64,000 nucleotides of DNA from Tubiluchus corallicola. Lineage: Eukaryota > Animalia > Priapulida. How positions within the stretch are numbered: position 1 is the stretch's first letter; every line of letters starts with the position of its first letter. The stretch covers positions 868,001 through 932,000 of the forward strand of contig JAQGDQ010000010.1 of the NCBI GenBank assembly GCA_030141605.1. Direction: 5' to 3'. The position numbers and the translations under genes are program-made. This document shows positions 1-26,410 of this stretch, piece after piece. The notes beneath the pieces are model-generated. The model was not told where the DNA came from, made no database searches, and saw only the letters and a list, made by a program, of their open reading frames with translations.

Positions 1-302
1 ATTAAAAATCTTTTTACATCGTCACTGCAGTTGTTTAAATTTATTTGACAATTTGTTCGCCCTACAGTAAAACAGAAAAAGTTGCCTCATGGTGTCTATA
101 TCGTCTAAATCAAGCGAAATTCGTTTAAAAAGATCCATTCTAAAATCTTTACTTAGCGGAATAGTCACAGAGAGAAAAATTCTTAATAGATGCCATAAAA
201 ATTTGGCATTACAGCGGAATGCAGCACCGAAGAGTTTGGCTTTGAAATTTGAAATAATAAAAATGGAAATCAATAAGCAAGCAACGAGGATACATAACTC
301 AC

Positions 303-1376
303 CCTTTCAGTATCTATAATTTTTGTGCACCCATTTCTTAAAACGCCCAAATTACTTTCATGTCGACGAAGTTGAGAGTCTAAATTCTGGAGGAGTTTTT
401 CACTGGCAAAGTTTCCCAATTCTGAAATTACCGAAAGTTTTATGTAGCTTTTTGTACATAGCTGGTCTTTATTAAATTTTCAAACTTATACGCTGTTTAA
501 ATTTCGTTCGAACAGTGAATTTTAACCTTATTCGACAGTGAGTAAATACATTTTTGTAATTATATGTACTTTTTTGCTACTTTACTTATTTATTCAGAAC
601 TTCTTTCTCTCAAGTGACAAAATTGGTGAAGTTGACTAGAACCGCATTAATTTTAATCTTTTTGACAACTAAGCATAATACAACTACAGCATCTTCGGGT
701 TATCATGACATTAGGGCACCAGAAGTTCAAAAATGTTTTAAAACAAGTATCTGTACATATTTTAAACACTTCGCTTGTAAATTTGAAATAGTAATTATAT
801 TTACTATGCCGTCATTAATCTTTTTAATCAAAATAATGATTAAGGTCTGTTTACGGATTAAATAAGTTTTGATTTATTATTAATTTAATTACTTTCACAA
901 CACATAAACGTTTGAGGGAATGGACATCTAATAGAATCAATTCTCTGGGTATATTTATTTATGGATTTATTTACCATATACGCTATTTTCTCAACAACCA
1001 GTGAACAATCTGGAACAAATTATATGTTAGTCTGTTATCTCAGACCACCATCATCTCAAAGAGGCTTTATTTTTCGATTTGAGGAATCACGGAAGAAAAG
1101 TCTCCAAAAATTTATAATTCTTGTACTAAGTATAAGTACTACTAACATTCTAATTCAATAACATAATATCCTCTATAATATTTTGTTAGAATATTATAGA
1201 ATACTTATTAGTGACAGTGGTAATTCATTTACGTTTAGTGGTTTTTACGTTTTTTACGTTTGCATGTGTTTACCGTCTACAAAGTCTTGGTTAAGAAACG
1301 GATATCGACCAACTACATCTAATGGCAGTTGGGCTCTGCAGACAGCAGTCAGGAAAACAAGAAGTAAAATTTTCAT
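303..1376 (-). CDS. Paralogue A (5' part only; gene continues off the left edge): secreted Cys-rich/VWA family protein, coding exons 1-2
   Basis: Exon 1376-1274 (tag|G ATG...G|gtaaac) encodes MKILLLVFLTAVCRAQLPLDVVGRYPFLNQDFVD, a signal peptide followed by Gln. Exon 421-303 (cag|...AGG|gtgagt) encodes ELGNFASEKLLQNLDSQLRRHESNLGVLRNGCTKIIDTER. Coding lengths (103, 119 nt) and phases equal those of paralogue B, with high similarity. Confidence 0.85.
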
Positions 1377-2067
1377 CCTATAAAAGAAAAGTAATGTCAT
1401 TTTGCATCCTTCAACTGTGACTATGACTAACCTCCACCAATAAGCCTTTTCACATTTTCGTTGTGCGTACACGCAGTTGCTGTATGTCAAATGTTAAGTG
1501 TACCACAGCAATGCGTCTTTGCAACCGTCACGTAATATGTGGGTAAAGCAAAGCCGTCTGCTGCATCAGTCCAGTAACTTGAGTTGTTTTACGTGGACTT
1601 TACTTAATTATGCATTAGTCTATACGTAGAGTTATTTACTAGCAGGATTTTGCTTGAAAAAGAGAAAATATGAGCTAGGTAAGGTTCTACTTAGCTTTAA
1701 AACTGTTACTATTACAATAGCATGGCTGCGAGGCGTTGTCAAATGCACACAAATGCGTTTCTGGCACTTTTAACCATTGACCTTTTCACGATCGTTATCA
1801 ATCGCTGGAACTGTGTGTGAAAAGGCTTGTTCGGGTGGCACAACAACAGAAAAGAAGGTAATCATGTTGTGTGGGCATCATTGTCAATGAGATGGTACCT
1901 AGTTTACTGCCAGCAGTTTCGCAAATACGTGGTATATTCTGGCAAAACAGGCAATGCTGAATAAGATCCGATTGAACGATGTTAAGCATTAATAAAACTT
2001 TCTGAGTATCCTTTACCTTACTGGTAGTTTATAATTGTAACGTTGGTAACAGAATCTCCAGGCCTAC

Positions 2068-2172
2068 CTTTACAATCTCACTGTTAATAGTATATGGTTC
2101 ATTAGCATTGATGGGCCGACATTGAACAATGTTCGTTAGGGGTTAGTTCTTCATCTTCTATCTATTTAAATA
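2068..2172 (-). promoter_or_regulatory. Possible TATA variant and non-coding first exon of paralogue A
   Basis: TATTTAAA at 2172-2165; donor AAG|gtaggc at 2068. Spacing resembles paralogue B, but alternative donors exist nearby. Confidence 0.25.
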
Positions 2173-2699
2173 AGTAAATGGTTGCAAACTATATATATGC
2201 ATTGAGCGGCTACAGTCAAATAAGTGAAGTCGTCTCACTAACTCCACATGATATAATTATTGAAAATATTGTGCTGAACACACCTTCACGCCTAAATGAG
2301 TCTTCTGTTGTGCGCTAACGATCATGCACCTGGGTACTATAGGTAGCATAAAAGCGGCTTTTTTGCTAATTCAGTCGCACCTGCTATGCCCATTTGAAAT
2401 GGAGGTTAAGGGTCAATACTAACCCAAATAAGGCGGGGCCATTTCTTATGGGACAGTGGGATTCAGGCAACTTTTAAGTTAAAACTGGTGAATTATCAGT
2501 ATCTCCAAACAACATACAGAATGCACAGAAAAGGAAGTTATAGGATTAACTATTAAGGAGGTTTGACTTTGAGAAACTACAGGTGTTGGTTTTTATTTAG
2601 CTAGAGATAACATCGAAATGATTTCGGTCTTCCTCCCTTCGATATCTAAGTGCAAAAAATTGCTATTAAATTTCTGTAAAACTGTCTGAGTTGTGACGA

Positions 2700-3300
2700 A
2701 AATAACCTAGTGAAGATAGAAATTTTACAAATAAACAAATTGAATCACAAATATCTTTTGAGAAATCATATAAATCACATGAAAAGCTACCTGAGATATT
2801 CTTAAGCTGAGAGAACCTATAATGCGCAATTGTAAAACATTCCTACTGAATTATTCGTACATAATATGAATAAAGATGCCGACGCGTTTGAATGTAACCT
2901 TTCGCAAAATATTATACACCGTACAGCTCAACCGCAAGAAGACTCAACAATGATAACGTAAAGAATTCACTGCACGCTCATAAATTTGCTGCTAGATAAA
3001 TTTCGAAGGCTCACACAAACAATTTCAATGACATTCTTGACAAACCAAGGAAAGTTTAAGGAATTCGTGTACAGATTTGGTATGACTGATAATCTTTTGT
3101 GCGACTGTTTAGAGGAAGCTCAAACACCAGAACATTTGCTGTTTAGATGTCCTGAGGTACAGAAGAATAAAGGCAAAGTACTACTGGATGAGTATCTAAC
3201 TGAATCTATAAATGACGTTTATCTGTACAAAAATGATTTGTTGCTCAACGGATTATTAAGTTTCATATATTCATATAGCAGCCTACAAATAGAGGCTCAT
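2700..3300 (+). mobile_element. Decayed non-LTR retrotransposon 3' fragment (C-terminal CCHC zinc knuckle)
   Basis: ORF 2986-3363 contains FLTNQGKFKEFVYRFGMTDNLLCDCLEEAQTPEHLLFRCP, resembling the C-x-C-x7-H-x4-C tail of R1/I-group LINE ORF2. Boundaries approximate. Confidence 0.65.
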
Positions 3301-5528
3301 TGTACTATCTGTATAATAATAACGATTTATTATAATCATCATCATCAGTGCTATGTCCAATAAGCCTATGTTGTTTGCTAAGTACCAAATTCATATATCT
3401 TATTTGTTTATTTTTGCAACATCTATTCGTATTTCTGTATTATTATTTTAATTTTCTGTTTTTTCGTGCTTGTAAATTTGTATATTATTTGATGATTGTC
3501 AAATTTCTAGGGCTCCTGTGGAAAGAAGCGTAGCGTTTATTTGCATACCTAGAGGAGTTTTCCCCATTAACTAAATCTGTCGAATCAAAATGGTGGCGTA
3601 AGCTCCGCATTATGTTTTTTCTTTATATCAGATTCTGTGATCAAACGTGCTGGTTTTTCTGTCTCATCTGCCTGTTTCATGATTTTGATACCATTACAGG
3701 TAAGTCTACCACTTGACCACGGTATCTGCTAGAGACAACCCAACCTGTTGTCCTAACGCCAGCAGTTGATTTAAAACATAATTTTTCAATTTAATTTTGG
3801 AACATAAGTTAATTTTATAACGTTAAGTCGGTTTAATAGACGCAGCACTGCACCGAGTCTATTTTACAAATATTTGTAAACAAAATAATGCTTAATGCAA
3901 GATTAGTAGTTCGTCAAGCAGTATAAATCATTGTAGTCGTACGGTATGAATCCTGTCCTTTACCTTTTTCGTTTCTTTTTCAAGGACGTTAGTTAGTTAG
4001 TTAGCATCATAGTAAAGTTAGACAATTAGATCAATTGTTAAAATATTTACCCACCTGTTAATGATAGACCTGTTCAAAATAGAGCAGGTTACTCATCAAT
4101 TAAAGAATGGGACACACTAGACCCAAATGACCACGTATTGCGTGAGGTTATAAATATCCAGCTTATATATCAAACCAATCCTGAAATTAAAATTTACCGC
4201 ACGTTTTGGTCATCACCCTCAGATTATTCATGTATGAAATTTTGTGTTTGTGATACAATAAAATGATATACAGAGTGTATATACTTCCGAGATTCTTTGT
4301 TAAGTGGCGGTAGTAATGTTCTGAGTGCTAGTTTATTTTCCTCTTCATAATCTAACCTGCTTAATTTTCAGGGACAGTAAATGGTGATCAATTCGCATTA
4401 CAATATTTTTGTGATTTTAAATTCAAATATAATAAATTGGGAAAATCCAAAAAACTTCTAAAGTAGTATCTGCCCAAGTTGTGCAAATGTAATCAAGTTA
4501 AAAAATAGTAAAATAGTTTAATGATCATTGGCTTCTTTGTTTCCATGCTTGAATGATTAGATTTCCTATTTATTTTCATACAACCATAAATACTTTTGTT
4601 ACTTTTCAGCTACCTTTACCTTTAGCTTCAGCAAATCCTAATTCTACGGAATTTTACTGTGCGGAGGAAAAGCAGCTAAGGCCTCCCTGGATAAGTTTAT
4701 TATAATTCAAAGCATATATATATATATGTATAACTATTGTCTTCAGGCAATGGGAAATAACCACACGGTGTTATAACCACATGGGAAATAACCACACATT
4801 GTTAATAGTACATGTTAGTTCATTGACATATTGAACTGTCGGATAATGCTAATCCTATTCTGTCCCCTGATTGGTGCTTGGACACACCAGCAGTATTTTG
4901 ACTAAAGAATCGTTTAAATTCAATTACGTTTTGATTATCTTTCATAAAAGATGCTCATAAGTAGTATGGCATTGTGTAAGAGCAAGCTGCAAAGTATTCC
5001 TTATTAGTTTACAAATTCGTTTACTAGTATAAAGAAGAAACGAGTAATCATTTGAAATTGCCCAACAACTGCCTTGTTGATGATATGGTATCATTTGAAG
5101 CGTGGTACTCTGAGCAGCAAATCTTCAGCGGCAGATTTCTAAGTTTCGAATCATGAAAATCATTTATCGTAACGGAATGATAACTAATCCGGAATGCAAA
5201 GCATTCGGTTACTCGTTTATTCTGCCGAAGTGCCTTAAAACGTCATTTAGAATGCTGTTTAGCTATGCCATAGAATCCATTTTATTGTAAAAAACACGGA
5301 ATATAAATTTACCCTATTGTGACGTCGCAATATAAAAACAAGTTAAAAACTCATTATAAGAACGAAAACGAGAACGAGGCGATAATGACTATAATGACCA
5401 GTGGCCAACTGCCATGCAAACTGATTAAAAAAGACCAGTAAGCATCCAAACCACTTTTAAATTCCACTTGCAAAATGGGGGACTAGTTTTACGCTGAGCC
5501 TTATATGGTCTATTTCGTTAGTTGCGTG

Positions 5529-5623
<95 letters not shown>
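5529..5623. repeat. (TAAG)n microsatellite
   Basis: Perfect tetranucleotide run. Confidence 0.95.
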
Positions 5624-5626
<3 letters not shown>

Positions 5627-5742
5627 TAAGTTTATTAGTTTATCACCATTTTCAAAATAGGAAAATACATAACTAAGTGATTTATAAATCTGTACAACAT
5701 ACAAATATGTTACAAAGTGCAAAAGTAAAAGTAAGTTATTGA

Positions 5743-6345
5743 TTAGTGGTGCAACGGCGGCGAAAGAACTAAGAGTTATCGAGGTCAGCCACATAAGATT
5801 CGAGGCTACAGCTCCGAAGACGGCACCATTTGCGGCGATCTATACATCAAACGAAAGGTTTCGATCCATTAGGGGCTTATTTTTCGAATCGGGCCCACCG
5901 GGAGGAAACAGGTGGCAAAAAATCTCCAAAAATGGCCATTTTCGGCCGTTTTTTGGCAAACTTGTACCTATTATTTCTGGAGAATGGGAATGGGCCCTGG
6001 GTGGTGCTGGCCATGGATAGATAGCCCGTTCAACGGTGGGCGTATTTAGATTTCTTGAGAGGGCCACGGCGTCCCGTAACGGACGTTTTCCCGGACCCAA
6101 CACCCGATTTATTCGAAATTTTGATCAAACAACCTGTAGAAAAAACGTTCTAGCGGTGCCTGGCGGGACTCTCGAAAGGAGAAATATAGCTCTTTAGAAA
6201 GAGGAAGAACAGGGCTATAGGATGATGTGGGCTGCATTTTGGGACGCTTCCTTCCTGAGGAGCTGTGACGAATTGATTCCATTTTGCACGATTTTCGCTT
6301 GGAAAACTGCGGACGCAAAACCATTGTTCTGACGTCATCCATTAT
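5743..6345. mobile_element. GC-rich, CpG-rich non-coding island, probable non-autonomous transposon
   Basis: Abrupt compositional shift against AT-rich flanks and no credible ORF. Contains ATACATCAAACGAAAGG-type motifs of the kind common inside non-autonomous DNA elements. No terminal repeats or target-site duplication identified. Confidence 0.4.
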
Positions 6346-8230
6346 ACTCTACTTACAACCTTATAACTTTAATTCAGTAAAAGCTGCTGCTGCTGGCTTT
6401 GCGTTATAAATGAGGACTATGTAGGGTGTTCGCATATTTTCGATTATAAGTGTATTTATACGCAAATTTTTTTGCGGGGCTTTTGCTAGTAATTAATTAA
6501 TGCGCATATGCCAAGTAATTAAAAATTATCAGATTGGCATTTAAAGCGAATGAAAATTGAATTATTATACAAATGTGTTACTTTCTAATAAAATAATGTT
6601 CAATAATGGGAAAGAAGAGACAAACGTGACTATCTTTAAATACTAAGTTAATCTTTACGTATTTAAAATTATTATATTATTAGGACCTAGAACCAAAGAA
6701 AGAAAGTAAAAAATTTACTTTACGCTTGTAGTTAGCAAAAGTCGGTAAACATGTATGCTTAGTCATGACGAAAAGAGTTGAAAGCAAACGTTTCTTAAAA
6801 TTCTTTAGGATTAGCATTGATGATTACATAAACATTAAAGATATACAAAAGGCGTACCTTACCTCCATAACATACATTTGAGCTTACTGAAGAATTTGTG
6901 CAGCTTGACGTAAATTATCTGTATTATATTAATTAAAGCATCGTAATAACCGGATTCACTGGGAATTGCGCATTAGTATTTAATTTAACCTAGTATTTAC
7001 ATAAATGAAACATTAAATAAATGATAAGGTAATAAATTAATTTGTTTTTATTTTCTTGGGGAATAAAGTTCCAGATGTGGGGACCTTGATATTTTAGAGA
7101 GCACTGAGCTTTGTATATCTTACTACACTCATACTATTATTTGAGGCAAAACGAGTTTGTTAACTGTGTAAAGCAGAAGGTTCGCTCATGCATCGCTAAG
7201 CAGTTGGGGCAGCATATTATTTTTTAAATTTAAAAACAAATTTGGCCAATTCTAGCTTATATATATATCTGTGATTTTTAAAATTTTCAATTGATTATAG
7301 TGGGAGTTGCATGTTCTCTGAGACCAGCAAGTGATCTTTTCAAGGTACACATTCTCGTAAATGATAATTCGCAGGAAAAAAGCTGTCAATCCACGAACAG
7401 TAATCGATTAGAGTTCAATAATCAATCAATTCCTATATATGTCGAAAGAGAAACATGGCTTTACATGCGACAATCAGAAAAACATAAAAGAAAAACAGAT
7501 GAGTTGACAAAAATAAAAGATGTTACTATGTAATGACCTCCTTATAGAAATACGGTAGATTTTTGTATGAAAGTTTATGAGCTGTATTACATGATCGATT
7601 GTTATTGTTCATCACAAAGTTGCAAAAAATATTAGCAAATTAACTAGTATATTTCAGAATCTTTACAAACTGTATTTTTATCGTCTCAAATGAGTTTAAA
7701 ACTTCTGCATTATTGTCAACTATAATCAAGCAATTGTGATCACAATAAAATATTAGAACAAACAGTAGCTCTTAAGTAGTTGTAATATTTTTTCTTGTAC
7801 ATTTATAGCAAATTTGGAAAACTAACATTACGTTTAAGCGAATACGCAACTTACTTGAATGTCAAATTTTGCGACAACCATTACACCTTAATTGAATCAG
7901 TACAGAGCAAATCAAAACGAGCACAAAAGCAGGTTTAGATATGAGCATGAATAATATTGATAATAAACCTTCGTCTGCAGCGCATGTTTCTAATCGCTGG
8001 TATCAAATACTAAGCAATGATGTTGTGATGTTACACTCATGCGGCTAGTGCTGAATCAGCTTAAAGATCTGTTTGCAAGTAGCAAACTGCGGGCACGGTA
8101 ACAACAATATCGCATATTTCTTAGTTACTGTCAAATTGCCGTTAAAACACAAGTTTGCATTTAATCGAGTAGTATATACTAAATATCTAACATATAATTG
8201 TGACCGAGTAAAACTGCGAGTCTTTGTAAA

Positions 8231-22161
<13,931 letters not shown>

Positions 22162-22990
22162 CCTGGAAAAATAAAGCAAATTTAGTGAGTCTTTTAAGTT
22201 ACTAAAAACTTTGCGACCGACACCTATTACATGACAACGGAATAATTATAACGAAATTAATTTTGGGTTTTTTTCATTTGATAACTGCGAACCGACGTTT
22301 ACTGCCTATAACTTTTCAACTAATAAATCTTGCGCTAATTTAGTAAAAAATGACAATGCTTGTATAGATGGCGAAAAATCATATGCCACGAAAAAAGTTT
22401 TCAAGTATTGCCAAAGTTAACTGCAGATTGTAATTGGTGGATTCAGTCATTGCAGACTTAATAACTGACAACCACGTGTCTTCTACCTCTACTATGCATT
22501 TGAGTCGAATATTTCGTTCATGAATGATCGCTAGTTGAATATATGACATTTTACAAACAACAAAATCGCTTGTGATTTTGTAATAAAGTCGGTGGTTCCA
22601 CTAGCTTTCACGCGATTTTTTTGTGAAACTATCCAGTTTGGCATATCCACAGTGAACTTATTTATTGGTATTTTCTAATTTGCTAACGTACTAGATAACT
22701 AAATAGTAATTACATAATAACTAGATAATTTATCTAACAAATTTGCGTTAAACGTTTTTACCTACGTGAAATAAACCAGTAAAACCCAGAGAGAGATGTT
22801 AATTAACTCAACTCACATAGACTGAAATAGTCTACCATGTGCACGTTAAACTGAAAGTTTCAAGTTCGAATCTTGTCTTAGCGTTAATCATTTTGTTTTA
22901 TTTTTTGAAAATAAGTTAAGCATAAGCTTTGTTGTTGAGTTAAGAGAATAAGATTAACACGATATTTTTTAAACAACCGTATTTGCCTAC

Positions 22991-23092
22991 CTGTTAGAAA
23001 TCCCCCACAGAAGCAGAACAGAGCAGACAGCCGGTGAACTAAAAAATCAGACGCACTGGGCCAACTGACCATGTATACCTATGTGATTTATA
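22991..23092 (-). promoter_or_regulatory. Putative TATA box, initiator and non-coding first exon of paralogue B
   Basis: TATAAA at 23092-23087, TCAGTT (Inr-like) at 23068-23063, donor CAG|gtaggc at 22991. The ATG exon begins at a splice acceptor, so an upstream UTR exon is required. Confidence 0.5.
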
Positions 23093-24004
23093 CTGGCTAT
23101 TGTCCTACTATTATAAAAGTGATACTGATATTAAAATTTAACACACATTGGTCATCAATTCAAGGTTATCAAAGCTAATAAATCACTTGCGGTACCTGAT
23201 ATTTTTATATTTGAAATTTTATGTTTCCGTTTTATGACAGATGTCATGAATACTCTGAAGGCTGCAGGCTTGACTAACATAATGACAACAAAATACCATA
23301 GCAAATGCAACTCCTAAGCATTATAATTAGTGTGTTTCTAACGTACATGTGTCTGTAGTTTTTATGCAATACAATGACTATAACTTCAAAACTATTTAGT
23401 CAGTAGAAAACATAGTTTTTATTTGGAAGCATTATTACTAATATATCATGTCACTGGTAATGACAATTATCTCTCTCTATCATTGATAACAACTGACCAT
23501 TATTTTCTCGCTGCCATTGATAACAACTGTCTGTAATTACATTAGATATTACCATTTTAATAATAATTACCAGTACTGTAAGAACGCATTACCACGCGCT
23601 TTGATGTAATACAAAATAAAATTAAAAGTTTTCGCACGTTCAAATAATTATACTAGTGTAAACCTAAATAATAAATCATTCTCTGAAAAGTATTTAATAC
23701 AAGATGAATATTAGAAATTCACACACGTTGACAGTTTATTAATATAACCCGAGCAATAAATCAGGAGTCCATCATGTGAAATTAGAATAAAATTTGTTTC
23801 AGATTAAGTTGTCATGTTAATGTAGCAGAACTGTTTCGTGTTTAAAGGTCATTTTAGCGGAAACCAACAAATTGGAGCAAATAATTATCGCTTTCGAGTA
23901 ATCATGATAATGTATAGAATATAAGTAAAAAGTAAACCACCAGCGAAAAAATTGGATATACAATTATACATATATATATATTTACAGAATTTACGTATAA
24001 TGTA

Positions 24005-24445
24005 TTATTTCAGCTCATAGATGCATACGTACAAACATAGTCTTAAGCCATAAAATACAATAAACAAAATGTTATAAAATAAAAGTTAATTACATAGATA
24101 AAACACAATTTATGAGTTAAGAAAGATTGAAGAGAAAGTTGATTAAAAAGAAGAAAAAAGAAAAAAGCTATTTACATAAATAATACGTATATTAAAAGTA
24201 CTTTAAAATTTCATTCCAGGGTGCAAAAATGTCTAGATTTATAAAAACATCAGAGTGAATAACATGGGATAAAATATTATTGACAGAATTTAAAATTCGA
24301 CATGTACGATGATAGACACTTTTATGCATGATAACTTTGCAATGGTAGACATTTCTCTGTACTCAGGTTGTGAAAGCTCGAGTACCGCGTCTATGTTTAA
24401 AAAATTTTACATGGCAGTATAGTGTTCAGTTTTCAGCTTATTAAA
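24005..24445 (-). mobile_element. LINE 3' end fragment, copy 2 (same family as 18894-19290)
   Basis: Colinear diverged similarity to 18894-19290. Confidence 0.55.
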
Positions 24446-25279
24446 ATTGTATATATTATAATTAATCTATATATATAGCAAAACCATTAGCGAAAAGATA
24501 TAGCCGGTGGGAGAAACAAGAACGAAATTAACAATAATTTGGGCAGTTTACCCGTGTTTACTTGTGTTTTGACAAATCGTATGCTCCTCAGACTATAAAG
24601 GTAAAAACATAACAGTTTCAAGTCAAATACAACGTAGGTTGTGTTATAGGCCTATTTAGACTCCTTAACAAAATTGTCACATTTCATTTCGTCAGTGGTT
24701 TGAGCTCGACTTTTGAGACAAAGAATTTGTGAGTTTTGTACGAATTGCATAATGTTGTACCATCTTGTACTTTTATTTGTTTTGTCTGCTACTTTGTAAT
24801 TAATGACAGTATACCTTTGTAAAAATTTCACCCAATATCAAATAAATAAATAAATGTTTTTAATACTTTCGTTAACAAGACAAGCGACCATCAGGGAAAG
24901 TTCCGAGTTCCATTTCCACGATTTCTTGCTTTAAAACAGTGCAAAAGAGCATATATTTTCAGAAGATGTTTTACTAGCTGAGTTTTGTCAGAACCATCAG
25001 TACTATTGTACTATCAGTCAATCTATTACCATCGGTAAAGGGTAAAGAATACTTTATACGACACTATGTTCAGTCTATTACCATCAGTAAAATTGAATTG
25101 GATTGACTTACTGAACTGAATTACTTATTTATTTCGGAATCTGGTCCATAAAAACACAAATACATAACGTAGATACAGGGATAAAACACTACAAAAAACA
25201 CAAAACGGTAAAGGATAGTTTATGCGACACTATGTTTAGTCTATTACAACAGGTAAAAGGTAAAGAATAGTTATATATA

Positions 25280-26000
25280 TATATATATATAAATTCTTTA
25301 TTTATATTCATAAAAATGGTTCACTCATTATAATAAAATTGAGTAAGCCTCAGCGTAATGTTAAAATAACCACATTGTTCAAGACAAATGCGTCCAGTGC
25401 ATACTAAAAAAAACTAAAGTGCAAAACTATATACAATAAATGAACATATTTACAAACACCATATTAAAATATTTTTACAAAACAATTTTACGAAAGTACA
25501 TTAAATTTTACATGACATATTTTACACTATATATACATTTGACATGACACAATTAACAGAAACATGCTCTACATTACATAAATTTCACTCATTACATTTA
25601 CACTATTTATACATTTGACATTACAAAACTAACATAACGCGTATTACATTACATAATTTTTTTAAAAAAAAAATCATTTTTAATCGTTATATGGAGTCAG
25701 GGGCGGGGGTAGATGAAAGTGGAGTCTGTGTAATTAGTATCAGATGCACAATGTGGAAGTTGAAACCTATTATATTGATATTCTAATTTATTTTTAAAGT
25801 GGTGGAGAGGTTCTATTTGTTTTATTTCACTGGGTAGTACGTTCTAGTGTTTAAAGTGGTATCAGGAATGAATGCTAAGGGATTGTTTATAAATGGAATG
25901 CTCAGTTTATTGATATATTTATAAAGAAATATCAGTGTTTTGTAATCTCGATAGGCTTCTAATATTGGTATTTTTGAGGACGTTCTTAAGCTTGTTGCAG
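25280..26000 (-). mobile_element. Decayed CR1/L2-like LINE 3' fragment
   Basis: Minus-strand remnants KIPILEAYRDYKTLIFLYKYINKL and *NVLPSEIKQIEPLHHFKNKL (WNxLP...FK.kL motif of CR1/L2 ORF2 ends), followed by an AT-rich 3' UTR and AATAAA. Confidence 0.55.
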
Positions 26001-26279
26001 AAGCAGCATGTTGTTTAGCAGTTTTGTTAGAGTAGCCTACGATATGGTACTACGTGTCATGCATTATTGATTATAATAAATTAAATTTAATGCAGATTAT
26101 GCCAAAAATATGTTTGCGGAACCTTTGCTAGAGACAAATATAATTATTTTTAAATATCGTATTTACCATAGATGAATGTAAGTCTTTTTTATTTACATAG
26201 TTCAGTGGGCTGCAAGCCTGGATCCGGCACTGCAGCACCTTGCAGGACTTACTTATGTAGGTGGTAGCAAAAGAGACAG

Positions 26280-26410
26280 AGCCTGCCTTTTTATCAAGGA
26301 CAATCCTCTATGATCTAATACCCGGACAGATGAAATCATTCACAAGCAGGTGGTATTCTCCAATCCATTACCTGACCAGATTTGGCGTTGCATAACTTCT
26401 GTAGTTAAAC
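26280..26410 (-). mobile_element. Decayed 5S rRNA-derived sequence (SINE3-like head or 5S pseudogene fragment)
   Basis: Minus strand AGAAGTTATGCAACGCCAAATCTGGTCAGGTAATGGATTGGAGAATACC resembles the 5S internal control region GAAG(C/T)TAAGCA...CTGGTTAGTACTTGGATGGGAGA...GAATACC. Confidence 0.35.

Noticed and set aside
89-319. Basic 76-aa plus-strand ORF
   Set aside because: Lies in intron 2 of paralogue A; possibly a retroelement remnant, but no diagnostic motif.
3632-3699. Plus-strand segment bounded by a good acceptor and CAG|gtaagt donor
   Set aside because: No convincing partner exons or recognisable peptide; a gene cannot be supported without transcript data.
5510-5794. ORF with LTYL repeats, and similar ORFs at 47118-47513 (3' part), 57993-58178 and 60078-60311
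   Set aside because: Microsatellite translations.
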